A program made the translations under genes and the position numbers. The notes under the pieces were generated by a model. It had not been told where the DNA came from and ran no database searches. It saw only the letters and a program-made list of their open reading frames with translations. A DNA stretch of 48,001 nt from Chromera velia (Eukaryota). Shown here piece after piece: positions 1 to 12,426 of the stretch. Location of the stretch: contig JAHBMJ010000419.1 of assembly GCA_018398765.1 (NCBI GenBank), forward strand, positions 1 through 48,001, given 5' to 3'. Every line of letters starts with the position of its first letter. The first letter of the stretch is position 1.

Positions 1-30
1 TGTGTGTGTGTGTGTGTGTGCGTGTGTGTA
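1..30. repeat. (TG)n microsatellite
   Basis: Directly visible TG run at the window start. Confidence 0.95.
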
Positions 31-960
31 TGAATGAATGTTAAATAGGTTTAGAGAAGCTTTGGAGACGTTGGAGAATGGGAGTCACATCTAGAGTCAC
101 ATACAATTTTGTTTGATTGTTCATTAGAGATCTCTAATTTTAATTTGACCCCAAAATTTTTAATTTGGGGAGCTCCATAAGTGATAAGTGATTTAGTGGT
201 GCCCTTGAGCATTGTCGCCGTTTTGTCTTATGGAGGTCGCCCCCGCAAACGGCATGGGGGTATACCCTATCGCTGAAGCGCAGACCACACCCCGTGGCCC
301 GCCTGGAATCTCTTCCAGGCCGTTTTCAATCAACTTCTTTGTTGTACACACGCAGCCTAAGCCTTTGCATATGACGTGCTTTATATATTACGCTTCTTTT
401 TTAACCAGAAAAGGCACGATCATCGATTCATTATCACTTGCATCACAAGATCAATTAATATCAAAAGCCCCTTCATAGTTGCTTTCTTGCTGACTTGACA
501 AATGGGATGAAAAGGAAAAAGATGAACATCAGCCTGAGACTAATAAGAGAAACGACATTAAAAAATTTAGTTTCTTTTGTTTGTCTGTCTGTCTTCTATC
601 CATCTGAGCGGGTCGATTTTTCTTTCTTCCTTTCTCTTAAAGGAGCGATAGGCTTTGATATTCCTCTCACTTCTGGTTGGGTCGGACTCTCTGCTTTTTC
701 GATTTCACACTCAGTGTTTGGCGACTCAATGACAAACAAAGATCTACTAAAAGAAAGAGATCACAAACCGTCCATGCAAGTTCTTAGGCCTTCATGCTGA
801 GCTTCCAATCGGTTCACCTTTCTTTTCCCCTTTCCGCATTTAGGCTAAGTAGCCCAACCCTTCTCTTCTTATTGGATCTCTTCTTTTTCCTTTTTTCCAC
901 TCAAGATGAGGCCCTCCTTGCTCAGAGACAGAGAGAAGAGAACAACAACCGTCGCTCTTA

Positions 961-975
961 TCTTTCTCTCTCTCT

Positions 976-1034
<59 letters not shown>

Positions 1035-1065
1035 TGCCCTCTCTCTCTTGCCCTCTCTCTCTTTT

Positions 1066-1105
<40 letters not shown>

Positions 1106-1229
1106 TCTCTCTCTCACTCTCTCCCTCCCTCCCTCCCTTCCTCTTCCTCTCTCTCTTTATCTTTTTTTTTTTTTTTTTCTTTCTCTCTTTCTTTCTTTCT
1201 TTCTTTCTTTCTCTCTTTCTCTCTTTCTC

Positions 1230-1283
<54 letters not shown>

Positions 1284-1290
1284 CCTTTCT
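961..1290. repeat. (CT)n / polypyrimidine microsatellite
   Basis: About 330 bp of CT, CTTT and T runs; source of the spurious SLSL/ERER ORFs. Confidence 0.95.
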
Positions 1291-1569
1291 CTGTCTGTCC
1301 AATGCTTCCGTTTCTTCCTTTTAAGTATCATGGACTTGGTTTACTCTTAGTCTTTCATTACTTTCAGCGCTGGGTGCAACGGAGATAAAACCCTCTCTTC
1401 TGGTTGGCTCTCTTCATTTCTATTTCCTCATACTCAAGGAAAAACCAGTTACAACAAAACAGAACCTGGTGTAGAGAATCTATGAACGGACTCCTAGCAA
1501 CATGACAGAGAAAGAACGGGACCAAGTATGACTTCAAAGATGAGGATAGAATGGAGAAAGCAAATAAAT

Positions 1570-2660
1570 CAATCGAATGCAGAAAATTGAACGAGCAAAA
1601 CCATCTTTCCTCTATCTTACTTTTCCTTGTTCAGAAAGAGACATCGAAAGGTCTCTCTCGCCTTGTCTCTCACCTCTTCAGGAAATGTTCTTTCATTGTG
1701 AGAGATCGTGTACAAAGTCATGTCTATCTCGTTCCCCTCTCCTCTTCTGTGTGCCTCTCTGATCTCTTTCGAAGACAAAGTCTTGAGAGCCTGCAAAGTG
1801 CCTTTCACAACCTGTAGAAGGATTCCATTCCTCATCGGGGATTTCCATTCTTCTGGGATACCCTTCATCCTTTCTACCAGTCCGTCTCTATGGATGCAGT
1901 CTTCAAAGACCTATGATCCTCCTTACTGGAGGAAAGCAACTTTCCTTCCTTCGGTCACGGTTCTCATACTCTCTAAGAGCCTAGCCGCAATCATACTACC
2001 AAAACCCTTTTTTATGTAGAGTTTAACTATCTCTTCTGCCCATTTTCTCTCTATTTCAGAAACTTTCACTTGATGGGATTCTCTCTTTGTGGGGGTGGCA
2101 AAGCAGCCATGCGAAGGATGCCAAGATGTGGGGGTGGCTTTGGGGTTAGGGCTTGTGGCAGCGCTTGCCCTGTCCGCGGCCTTTGAATCTGGGATCTTCT
2201 TGTTGTTGCCAAAGCCTCTTTGACTTAGGCGCCATTCAGGTGCGTCTGCGGAAAGCGCTGCTTGGAATATAGGCTTGGCTTCCATGTGCTTTTACTAGAG
2301 ATGGCATGATTCTTCACTCTACTCTTCATGAGATATGTCACACTTCGTTTGTGCCTCCTGCACTTCTCTCCACTTCTTCTGGGAATATCTCTTTGATCGG
2401 CGCGTCTTCTTTCTTTTCTTCTCTGCTGAGAATTCTTTGCTTGTCTGCAGAGAAGTTTTGGGCGGCGGTTGGGACTCTTTCTCTTGGGTAGGCTGAAACG
2501 CGCAGTATACCCGTTCAACGTCTCCAACAAACACTAACAAACAATCCCTGAGTCTTTCTACAATTGGCAAAGAATACGTACAGGGCACTGTCAAGAAGTA
2601 TTGGGTGAGCGAGATGGTCTCTAGCGCTCTGGCACTGAGTTTGGTTTAAAACTCTGCCAT
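1570..2660 (-). pseudogene. Pseudogene A: unknown protein with PAM2-like motif and helical C-terminal domain, paralog of pseudogene B
   Basis: ORF pieces 2319-2594, 1923-2285 and 1617-1868 share one frame from ATG 2660, broken only by TAA/TAG. LSADAPEW motif at 2232-2255. C-terminal part aligns by eye with 4330-4606. Confidence 0.65.
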
Positions 2661-3329
2661 TGACTGCTGAGTTGGAGACGGCTACAATAAGAAATTTAAT
2701 GCTTCGTTCATCACAAAATCTCCACCGTTTTCACTCGTAAAAAGGTGCCACGAACTCTGTCGATGTTCTGCAGCTCCCTTCTAGCAAGAAACGCCTCACT
2801 TCACTTCAAACTAATAATTTAAGGCAAATATCCAAACATCTCTAACATACATTTTTTTTAGATGGAATATGATTAAATAAAGCCTATAATAACATGATTG
2901 ACACCGTAATTTAGCATGCTTAGTTTCACTAGGAAGCTAGTAGGATAAGTAAATGATAAGTGATTTAGTGGTGCCTTAGAGCACTATGATTATCAGTGTG
3001 ATAAGTGATAAGTGATTTTTTGGTGCACTTGAGCACTGTCGCCATTTTGTCTTTAGGATTAGAATTAGAATTTATGTCCGGATGATTGGCTTCCCGCCCC
3101 AATGCCGAATGTCCGACGTGCAGCTCCCAAGGAAAACGCCTAGATGCATCAGACCTCTCTGGCCGGCCCGCATAGGTCTAGCCTGTGCCGTAAACGGTTT
3201 ACAATTGAAGAATTTCAAAAAGCACACCCGGCATCATTTTTCCTTTATCTGAATGGCTTTCTCATTCCGATCTGAGGCCATCTGGCAGAGCTCCTTAGGG
3301 GCAAAAGGCTGCCAAAAGCGAAATGACTT

Positions 3330-4060
3330 TTAGTACTGAAACGCAAGAGTAAAAAGGAGAAAAAGAATTGAGAGAAGAGATTAAGACCAAGTGAGAGAGA
3401 GAACACGTTTATTTTATACTTTGCAGAGTAACCAAGAACGTTTCTTTTCCTGAGATGCACAAAGGGGAACGGTAAAGCCCTCTCTCTTCTTATGGGTTGC
3501 TTTTTGTCATTCTGTCTGACTTAGAAAGATGAAATGACACTGTCAGGGAGAGTAACAAGAAAGGAAACTTCAATCAGAGCGAGAAAAAAGAACGAAGAAT
3601 TGAGACTAAGTGAGAAAAAGAGAGAAGTACTCTTCTGTTTTCTTTCATACTTTTCTGAGTAAGCAAGAACATTCTTTTCCCGAGACGTACAGAGGGGAAT
3701 GGAAGACCCTCTCTCTTCTTGTGGGTTGCTTCCTGTTGTTCTGTCCGACTCAAAAAAGGTGAGGTAACAGAGAGAGTTGCAGAAAAGAAACTTTCAAACA
3801 GAGAAGAAAAAGAAAAGGGAAATCGAGAGTTCACTTCTCTTTTCTTTCATACTTTTCAGAGTCATCATGAACGTTCTTTTCCCAAAACACACAGATGGGA
3901 ATAAAAAACCCTCTCTCTTCTTATGGGTTGCTTCTTATCGTTCTGTCTGACTAATAGAGGTGAAATGATAGAGGGAGTGACAAGAAAGACAGGTTTCACA
4001 CTCTGAGTTTGAGAAAAAGAAAAGAAAAGAAAGAAGATAGAGACTGAATGAGAAGAGAAA
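3330..4060. repeat. Three diverged tandem units of about 200-230 bp
   Basis: GAAC(G/A)TT..CTTTTCC..AGA...CCCTCTCTCTTCTT(A/G)TGGGTTGC recurs at about 3437, 3667 and 3869; weaker copies near 1388 and 661. Confidence 0.8.
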
Positions 4061-4179
4061 GAAATTCACCATCGATTGATGAACAAACCGTCTGAGAAGT
4101 ATACAAAGTCACTGTGATACAAAAACTTTGACCCGCGGCTTCAACCACACACAACCACAGTGTCACCCTTCCTTCACAC

Positions 4180-5633
4180 TGTATACCTCCAGTAAAGGCA
4201 CGTTGCTTATGCTTTTACCCTTTCCGGCATGAGGTCTTGTTCGGCAATGTGGCAGAGCAGACAAAGCAAATTATCAGGATTCTTGGAGGCTTTCTTTGGG
4301 GTCTTTATCAAATGTGTCCTCCACTATCTGGTTGGGGAGCGCTGTGAGTGCGTCTAGTGCCTCTTTGATCAGCTGAGCAAGTCGAACGTCCCTCTGCACA
4401 TCCGTTCGATCCCTGTCTTAGCCAATTGTCTTGATGGGCCCGTCGATGCAGAGACAGCCAACCACAAAGTTCATCACTTGTTCATTAACAAGCTCCTGCT
4501 TCCTTGTTTCAGTTGCTATCTCGACTCTCTTCAAGAAGTCCAGCGCTTCTGCACTATCCATCTCCTTCTTTGTGCCCTTCATAGTGTGTTTTGCCCACTC
4601 TCTGTCGCATTTCGCTCTATGAGTCTTCCAGTGAACCTTCTAACATGCAACGCTGCAATAAGTTGCAACTTTGCACTGGCTGCACCTCTTTCCCGCACTG
4701 CTGTCTTCGCATTGCCAGTATTGCAGGGTAGCCGGCGCTGCAGAAGTGTTGCGAGATGCAAAGGTTGGTTCCGCTGTCAAAGAAAACATGGCTTGGGACG
4801 GCTACGCGTGGAACGATCGAGTCGCAGTCTGCGGGTGTAGAGACGGGGACAGTTTTGCACACAGGTGGAAAGACGGAGTCTTTATCTGGGAATGTGGAGA
4901 CCGGATGGCTCCCTGCAGTTAGACCTGTCACAATAGGGTGACTGTCTTGTTCTGCACTTGCAGGTTGACCTGAACTGGGTGTGTTACACAAGACCTCGCT
5001 GTGCACAGTGATATTACAGTTGGGGAGAAGAGAGACGTGAAGGTGGTTCACTTGGTGGGACAGTCTTGTAGAAGGCACACGCAACTGGGCATCTGCTGTG
5101 GCGTTGCTTCTAAAGCTTTTGGCCTTGTCAGGAGCCTAATGGAAGGGCCTTAGATGATATGGATACCATGGACGAGCTGTGGCTGATAGGTCGCTGGAAG
5201 GACGCGACGAGAGGAAGGCGCCCGGAAGAATGTAACCGTTTTTGTTTCTGCCATCTCCCTCTCCTTGAAGGCTTAGCGTCTAGAGCCACTCCAATCTTGA
5301 CCAGCGCTTGCCTCTTCTGCTTGACTTACGAAAGGAAATGGTACTAGGCTTGCCCGTCTCTTGAGGGTTCATTCCGGAGCTGCACTCTTGCAAGTTTGTT
5401 TCTTCATTTCTGCAGACGAAAACATTAGAGACGGAAGAAAGTGTTCTCTGAATGTGTTGCAGAGACTCTGAGCTGATGATTTCCGCGACCTGCACTAGAA
5501 GATCAGTCATGGATACTAGAAGCAGAGACTGGGATTGCTTGAGTGCTTGCTTCTAAGCTTGCTTTGTGATGCTTAACGCCGTCTGAAGACTACTGTACGG
5601 CTCTTGCGTCTGAGTTGAAGTGACACGACTCAT
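4180..5633 (-). pseudogene. Pseudogene B: MYND zinc-finger protein with PAM2-like motif
   Basis: 4720-4607 translates YWQCEDSSAGKRCSQCKVATYCSVAC*KVHWKTHRAKC, the zf-MYND pattern with the first Cys changed to Tyr and Gln to TAG. The frame from ATG 5633 has several TAG stops. Likely intron acceptor TTTTCTTTGACAG near 4775. Confidence 0.75.
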
Positions 5634-6253
5634 TACACTTTCAGATCAGTCGTTCTCTGTCAATACTACACGATCTTCTCTCATGAGTCAAGCAACGAAC
5701 TTCTGTGTTCATGCTCGCTACAACGAGAACGGCTCGCTTGAGGAAAACGGCTCGCTCAGGGATAATATAGAGCCTATAATAGAGGTCGCCCCCGTAAACG
5801 GCAGGTTAGCCTGGTTAAAACATCCTAGTAACTTATAAATCGAATATAAAGAAGATGTTTCAAATGTTAGGTTTGAATATCTAAACCCATTTAAGAGAGA
5901 TCGAAAGCTACAAACCACCTCCATTATATTATATAGACGACATAAAAAAAAAAAAAATGATCGAAAATCGATTTTAGGCAATTACTTTTTTTGAAAGTGT
6001 GAGTGGCCTAGGTTTTTGATTTGAGAGTTTACTTATTTAATGTTATTAAACTGGTAATAAGATCATTCAACTAAGTTTAATGCATGCATGTCACAGTCAA
6101 AAAAGAGAGAGATAATAATACATTTATGATGGTAGGAAGATCTTGCAGTGTGTATTTTGAAAATACGCTGGCGATTGCACTTAATTGCGCACATGCACTT
6201 GAATCTTGCTTAGTCATGGCGCGCAGTATCGCGCAATGATAGAAGACATCTTC

Positions 6254-8130
6254 TTACATAATAAGTAAGGAAGCACAACAAGCAGACATGCTGGAACCGA
6301 AACCCAAATCATCCTCTACTTCTTGATTGGAAGGGGAAAGCATGGGTGTGCAGTCGCTGACAAATGAAGCAACGACCGTGGAAATGAAGGGATGATAGTA
6401 GTACACCAAGCGGTTCCATGTGCCGGTATGTGCATCCCCTTGGATCCTGCATGCACCACAAGAATGAGCAGGCGCACGGGACTTCAAGCAAGATTCGGAA
6501 AGCGAGAAGGGAAGAGGGAGAGGAAGGGAGGCGCAGGAAATCTGGCCAGAACACTCAGACAGACAGAGAGCGGCAGGCGGCCCCTTCCGAATCCCCCCCT
6601 CCAAGGCTCCCGAGCTCCGACAGTCATCGTCCCAAGACGCATGTAAGTGGGGGGAGAGGCACACATGCAAGGGAGGAGAGAAAGGGACAATGAGTTCATG
6701 AAAAAGGGGTGACGATGCCTGTCTTTCTGTCTGCCTTTCTGTGTGTGTCTATGCTGGCATGTCCAATTTCGTCCGTTCATGCCAGCTCCTGAAAATGCAA
6801 GACAAAAGGGAATGAGCGGGGGTAAATGTATCACGATGATGACCCCTCAACTTTCCTCAGCATTCGAAGATCTTCTCTCTCTTTCTCTTCTATTCACTGC
6901 TCAGGAAAGAAACCGATCGATGCATGGCGTCTGGTGCAACAAGGCCCAGGACAGACTGGAAGTCTTTTTTTGTCTTGGTTGGTGTTTTGAGCGTGAGTGT
7001 CAAATCAACCTTGTTGACCTCTGCCATCGATCAACGCTCCGCAAGGCTACGGCACTTTTCGTTTTTCTTTTCATGATGTACCGGCACGGCGCCCCTCGGA
7101 ACCGTGTCAAAGCGCTTGCGAGATTCAGTCAACGCCGGGAGGAACCGCTTACTCTGAACCGAATCTCTTTTTGAAGACAGAAGGGAGAAAAAGAAATTAA
7201 GCACAGAGGGATGACCAATGAATGTTTAACCAACCCTTACAGGAGGCATGCAGAAGTGCTTTCAGGCTTCACCACGGAGAGGATCGATGAGTTTCTTCAA
7301 GTCTGCACTGCATGATGATGATCTCATGGAACCATGCAGTGTTTCTAGGGAACACCTGCAGTCATCAGACACCTGAAAGAAGAGTGCAAGTATGAAGGAA
7401 GAAGGACAGAACTTTGTCTTCTTCATCAACGTGTTTTCTGTTGGTACCTTCAGAGTGGCACATGTAGAAAGAGCAAATACACCACAAGAGACTTCATTTT
7501 GAGTTTCTCCACACAGAAACAAACACATGAGCGAGCAGAAATGTTCGACCGACAAATGGTGGAGGAATCAGACAGCTGATCAAAGAAACCTTGGGGGTCA
7601 GAGGATATGACGGACAGTAGGGAGAAAAGGACGGGGGGAAAGAACATGAGAGAAAACTCATTCACCGGTCGCTTCTACGCCTGGTGGCATTTGTGCAACA
7701 ACAGCATGAGAAGCTCGCTTGGACGTCCACTCAACAGAAGGTTTCACCGTCGTGTTCCTAGGTCGTGTCCACCTGATTCGACCCCCCCCTTCCCTGGCCG
7801 CACTGCCGCTCAGACCAAATCAAACGGGAAAAGGGGATTTGGGAAAAGAGATAAGGGTGTCCGAAGTGCAAGAGCCCGACCTTTTCAGCTTCTTTTGTCC
7901 TTTCTCTTCTTGGGCATTCGGTTTTCTGCGTTGTCCGTCTGCTCCCACGTCTGGGCCTGCATTTCGAAGCACGCGAACAAAGCGGGTATCAAATCAAAGA
8001 GTATCGCTGCGGCAGCCTCTTTCTCCCTTCACATGCTTGCTGCAGGGGTTCACCCTCTTCAAATGGAGCATTTCACATCTCAAAGCTCGTTGATTGTCCC
8101 CAAAGCGGCCGGTAAACAGACCATCCCATA
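6254..8130 (-). other. Probable small exons (3' part of the upstream gene or a separate gene); structure unresolved
   Basis: Several AG...GT-bounded open segments (about 7772-7666, 7590-7548, 7355-7273, 7165-6915) and a terminal ...ACCASLLIM* at 6254; no recognisable domain. Confidence 0.3.
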
Positions 8131-8434
8131 GACCGACAGCAGAATACGAAGAGAACGAGAAAGAATGAGAAAGAGAAAGGAGAGGAGGAGGTCTCAGGCG
8201 GGGGACAGCAATGGAAGGGAGAAAGAAGAAAATGAGGGATACGAAAAGCAAAAGGATGAATCGAAAAATCAGGGACACGTTAGAGAGGAGGGGCATGCAG
8301 AAGAGTCCTGCATTGAACAAGCGTGTGGATGGATGAGTCAGCAATTCACGAGGCGATTTTATCGAACTAGTTACCATTCTTCTTGCCTCCTCTTTGCGTT
8401 TTCTTCCACTCTTACACTGACGCCAGGGACTGAC

Positions 8435-11400
8435 CTCAAGCAGCTGCTGTCTTCCAGTCTCTTTCATTGACTGTCCCTCAAATTCCGATGTGCCCAGAGA
8501 AGACTCGGCCAGGCTGCATGAGTGGGGGAGGAGGAGGATCAGGAGATGCATGGGAGAAAACCAAAAGATGAAAGCATCCATGAATGAAGGAAAATTGGGC
8601 AACAAAATGGACTGAATCGATCTCTTGGAAAAAACAGGAATTAATTCCTTTTGAGGGAGGGAAATGAAAAAAAGAAAAAAACTTGAGTGAGAAAATATGA
8701 ATCAATTGATGAAAACCTCCAGCTCCCTTCTTCTCTTCGTCTGCCTGCCTGGGACAAGTTCTGAACAACGTTCCCATCTCTCTCTCACACATTTTCTTTG
8801 CTGTCTGCTGACTTACATGGGGTGGTTTGCGTAGAGCTTGAGGACGGAAAGGGGCTTGCTCTTCGGAGGCTTGCTACCAGAGGGCTTCTTCCTTGAGCTA
8901 CCCTTCTTGACCTTCAACTTCTTAAGCTGCACACAAAGAAGTAGAGCAGAAAGAAAGTTGATTGGATGGTAGGCTTCAAGCAGAAGCTCCTTCCTTGCAC
9001 TTGTCTCGTGGTGAGAGCACTCCAGTCGATGCTTCATGAGGATAAGCGGGGCTGCCGGGGCATACATGTTAAAACATGCACAGTGACTGACCTTAATTGG
9101 CCACCAAATGATGACAGGGACAGGTGTATAAACACAAGAGCGTACAGAAAACCACGAACACAGTTCGCACCTCACACCATCAACACATGACACTGACCTG
9201 TGTCTGCTCCTGACTATACATGCGGGACGGCACAAGAGGCGCAGCGGGGGAGAGCAGAACGGGGGGGGGCGTTGGAGGCTCTGCCCTGTTCTCTTCCTCT
9301 TCCCCGCCCTCCAATTCTTCGTCTCTTCGTCGCTGCAACTCTCTGCGCGTCTCCTCCCATCCCCTCATTGCATTTCCGTACGCAGATGCAATTACAACTG
9401 CTTCCCGGACGGACACACTATCCTCTTCCTTTTCCTCGTCCCCTCCCTCTGCCTCTGCGTCTGCCGTGTCTCCTTCTTTGGCGTCCTCGTCTTTCTCTCT
9501 GTCTCCGGTCTCATCCGGTCGAGGGTCTCCCGAACAGGCGTGACGTGAGGAAGGAGGCAGGACTGGGGGAAAGCGGGTGGGAGAAGAACGAGCAGCCATT
9601 CGTTGCTCCCCAGAAGGGAAAGTCTGCTGGTAGGGAGACCAGAATGAATAGGGGGCATGGGGGCCTGCTCGGGGGCGCATGGGAGGGCCACCGGGGGCTG
9701 CTGCTGCTGCTGCTGCTGCCCCGTCCCTGCACGAGTAAGAAGGCCCCATCATGCGGCCTGCATGAGACCTGTCTCCCCAGGGCCCCGGCATTGGAAAGTG
9801 CCCCGGCTCGGGTCTGTGAGGGTCTCTTCTCTGGGTCTGTCTTTCGTCTGGTGGAGGAGAGAGTCGATCCCCTCTTTTCTGTGACTGTGCGTCTCCTCTT
9901 TGCTGTTGGCCTTCCTCCCGAGCTCCTTCTTGATCCTCCTGAGTAGGGGGCTGTGGGGGCCCAGGGGGGTAGGCTCTGTAGCCGTGGGGGTGCGGGGGGG
10001 AGTACATGTTTGAATGGGGAGGGCGGTAGGAGTATGCCCAGTGAGGAAAGCGGGGGCGGAACATCGGGTTCGGGGCGGTCACCGTGTCTCTTCCTCCTGC
10101 TGTGTTGTTGTTTGTGTATCCTTCTCTGTGCCCTTGCTGTTGCTGGTAGGGGTTGTCATTTGAGGTGGAAGTGGGGGGGTGGTAGGGGGGCTGGTTGTAT
10201 GGTGGGTAGTGGTGGGGATAGTAGGAGGGGCCGAAGCCTCGGTGTGCGTGCATCGGGTGGTCTCTGAAATACCCCGGGGGGGGCCCCCAAGGATCAGGGT
10301 GGTAGTGGGAGTGGTCGTCCACATTATCCCAATCTCCCTCACCCCCCTCATCTGCACCGTCCATCCATCCTGATGGATCCATCTCTGCGTCAGACTGGTA
10401 CCCGTCTGAGGCCTCCTGCTCCTCTTCCATCACAGGGGGCTTGGTGGAAGACTTCCGGGCCCTGCCCCCCCGGCCCCCTCTCCCGCGTCCCCTCCCTCGG
10501 CCAAGGCCCTTCCCTCCTCTTCCTCTTGCGGCCACCTTGGGCATTCGGGTTGTCGAGACCACAGCCAGAGCGAGGGAATCAATTGCTCCTCGGCCTCTCG
10601 CCACTCGTCGCTGTGTTGGGTTGGTAGACGCGGCAGCTGCCGCAGACGACGCAGCAGCAGCTGCGCCCCCCCCGGCTTGCTGAGCATCAGGAGGGACCAA
10701 TGTCTGGGTGAAGGCGAACCCTTTCGTTTCATTCGTCGAACTTTTCAACCCGACTCCGTACTCCAATGCTCTGCTGATTGTACCTGGGTCGATGCCCAGA
10801 GCCTCGCCGCATCGGCGCAAAGTGGAGAAGGTTTGGGTATCCCCAGTGGTCAAATTCTGTGCAGTCACCATGATCGTTCTCGGCACTTTCTTCTTTCGTT
10901 TGGGTAAGGGGGCGAGGTCGTCTGTGGCGGTCTTGCGGCTAATGGCACGGTGCGCTCTGCCACAACCAGCTGCTGCTGCTGCTGCTGCGGCTTCTCCCTT
11001 CTGTGTCTGTGTCTTTCTAGTTTTTCCTTTGGAAAGAATTTCCTCGGGGCACTCACGACGGGAGGATTCGGATTTGAGGGCGTTGGGGGGGGTTCTGCCC
11101 CTCTTCCGCTTCTCGTCTCGGTTGGCCTTGCATTGCCTGCTCTGTGCGAAGAACTCGGCATCCGAGTTGTCCTCTTCCATTTCGTCCATATCCCCCACCT
11201 GGTCCCTCTGCCCCCTCCCTTGTCGCATACTCCCACTCCGACGAGCGAGGGGATGCATCGCAGCAGAGTCACTCCCTTCAATGGATCGGAACCCCTCTCC
11301 CCCCCCTCCCTTCTCTGCTCCCTCCTTCCCTCCCTCAAATTCCATGTCCAGACCATCGTCCATCCATCTGTCCTCGGCGTGGGCCAAGTCAAATTTGAAC

Positions 11401-12426
11401 CCCATCGTCACGTTGATGCACCCCCCCTGCCCCACTTTGTACTGGAGGGCACGCGAGACCGTGCCTGCATTGATCCCCAGTGCGTCCCCCGCATGACGCA
11501 TGGATGGGTATACCTTCACCTGTCCAGTCTTGATGTGAGTGACCTGGACTGCCTGCGGTTTGTGGATGCCGCTGTTGATCCCTCTTGGGACCTCAGCGCA
11601 GGCACCCCCTCCCCCCTCGGTGCTGTCCTCCAGCTCAGTGGACAGACCCAGACCGGTCGACACGAACGGGGATGCCGGAGGGGCATCTGCAGAGAGGAAC
11701 AGAACAGCAGCGGGAGAGGCAAGGAGGAATGTGTGTGTGAGGGGGGGTAGGCTGAAGTAACGAGAAATCAAGGAAGCACACACATCTGCTTTTTGGGACC
11801 GGCCAATGAATTCCTGCACTGACAGATCTTGAAGGAATCGGTTAATTCGCAGGAATGAAATGAAAAGGGCACGTCTAGACAGGCACGACACAAACGCCTT
11901 TGGACCGTCTACCTGCCTCTATAGATGCATGTATCGATGTATGCACCTGTCACTGTTGTTGCACACCTTCAGAGTTGTTGGATTGCTTCGGTGGAGCGTT
12001 TCTCGGGACTTTGCGCAGCGAATGGAGAAGTCCCGATACGGTTGCGGATTCGGTTCTGATTGTCCTCCTCCTGCAATCCCCTTCCCATTCCTCCGGCAAC
12101 ACCGACTCCACGGCGCCCTCTCCCTCCATTCATTTTTGCATAGTTTTTAGGAACCCCTCCTCGTTCTGAACGGCGAATGATTGGGACACTCTCTTCAGGT
12201 TGAGGAATCATCACGTCAGATTCCAGATCTTGGGGGTCTGATGCGGCATCGGGAGGATCGATTGGCTGCAAGAAATGGGCAAATGACAATTTGATTGGGG
12301 GTGAAACAGAAGCAAAGAAGCAATGGGGGTAAACAGATTGATCAAGTGTTGCGCACGAACCTTTTCTGCTCCTGGCTCATCTGGTAAGCCAAAACCTTCC
12401 GCTTTGTCACTTCCGTCCTCGCTCAT
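8435..12426 (-). CDS. Multi-exon low-complexity protein with two NUMOD1/IENR1-like HTH DNA-binding domains; putative transcription factor
   Basis: Phase-consistent exons 12426-12361, 12265-(12040 or 11947), 11686-9198, 8926-8817, 8513-8435. Repeats KPQAVQVTHIKTGQVKVYPSMRHAGDALGINAGTVSRAL..GFKF (11385-11562) and RTIMVTAQNLTTGDTQTFSTLRRCGEALGIDPGTISRAL..GFAF (10701-10885). Basic NLS-like PKRKKK, RGG tract and Pro/His/Tyr-rich region. 3' end not resolved. Confidence 0.7.

Noticed and set aside
794..1388. Overlapping SLSL/ERER ORFs
   Set aside because: Translations of the CT microsatellite
6995..7020. NKVD as a GTPase G4 motif
   Set aside because: No G1 or G3 motif found in neighbouring exons
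9200..11750. Long plus-strand ORFs (248, 262 and 266 aa)
   Set aside because: Antisense shadows of the GC-rich minus-strand exon
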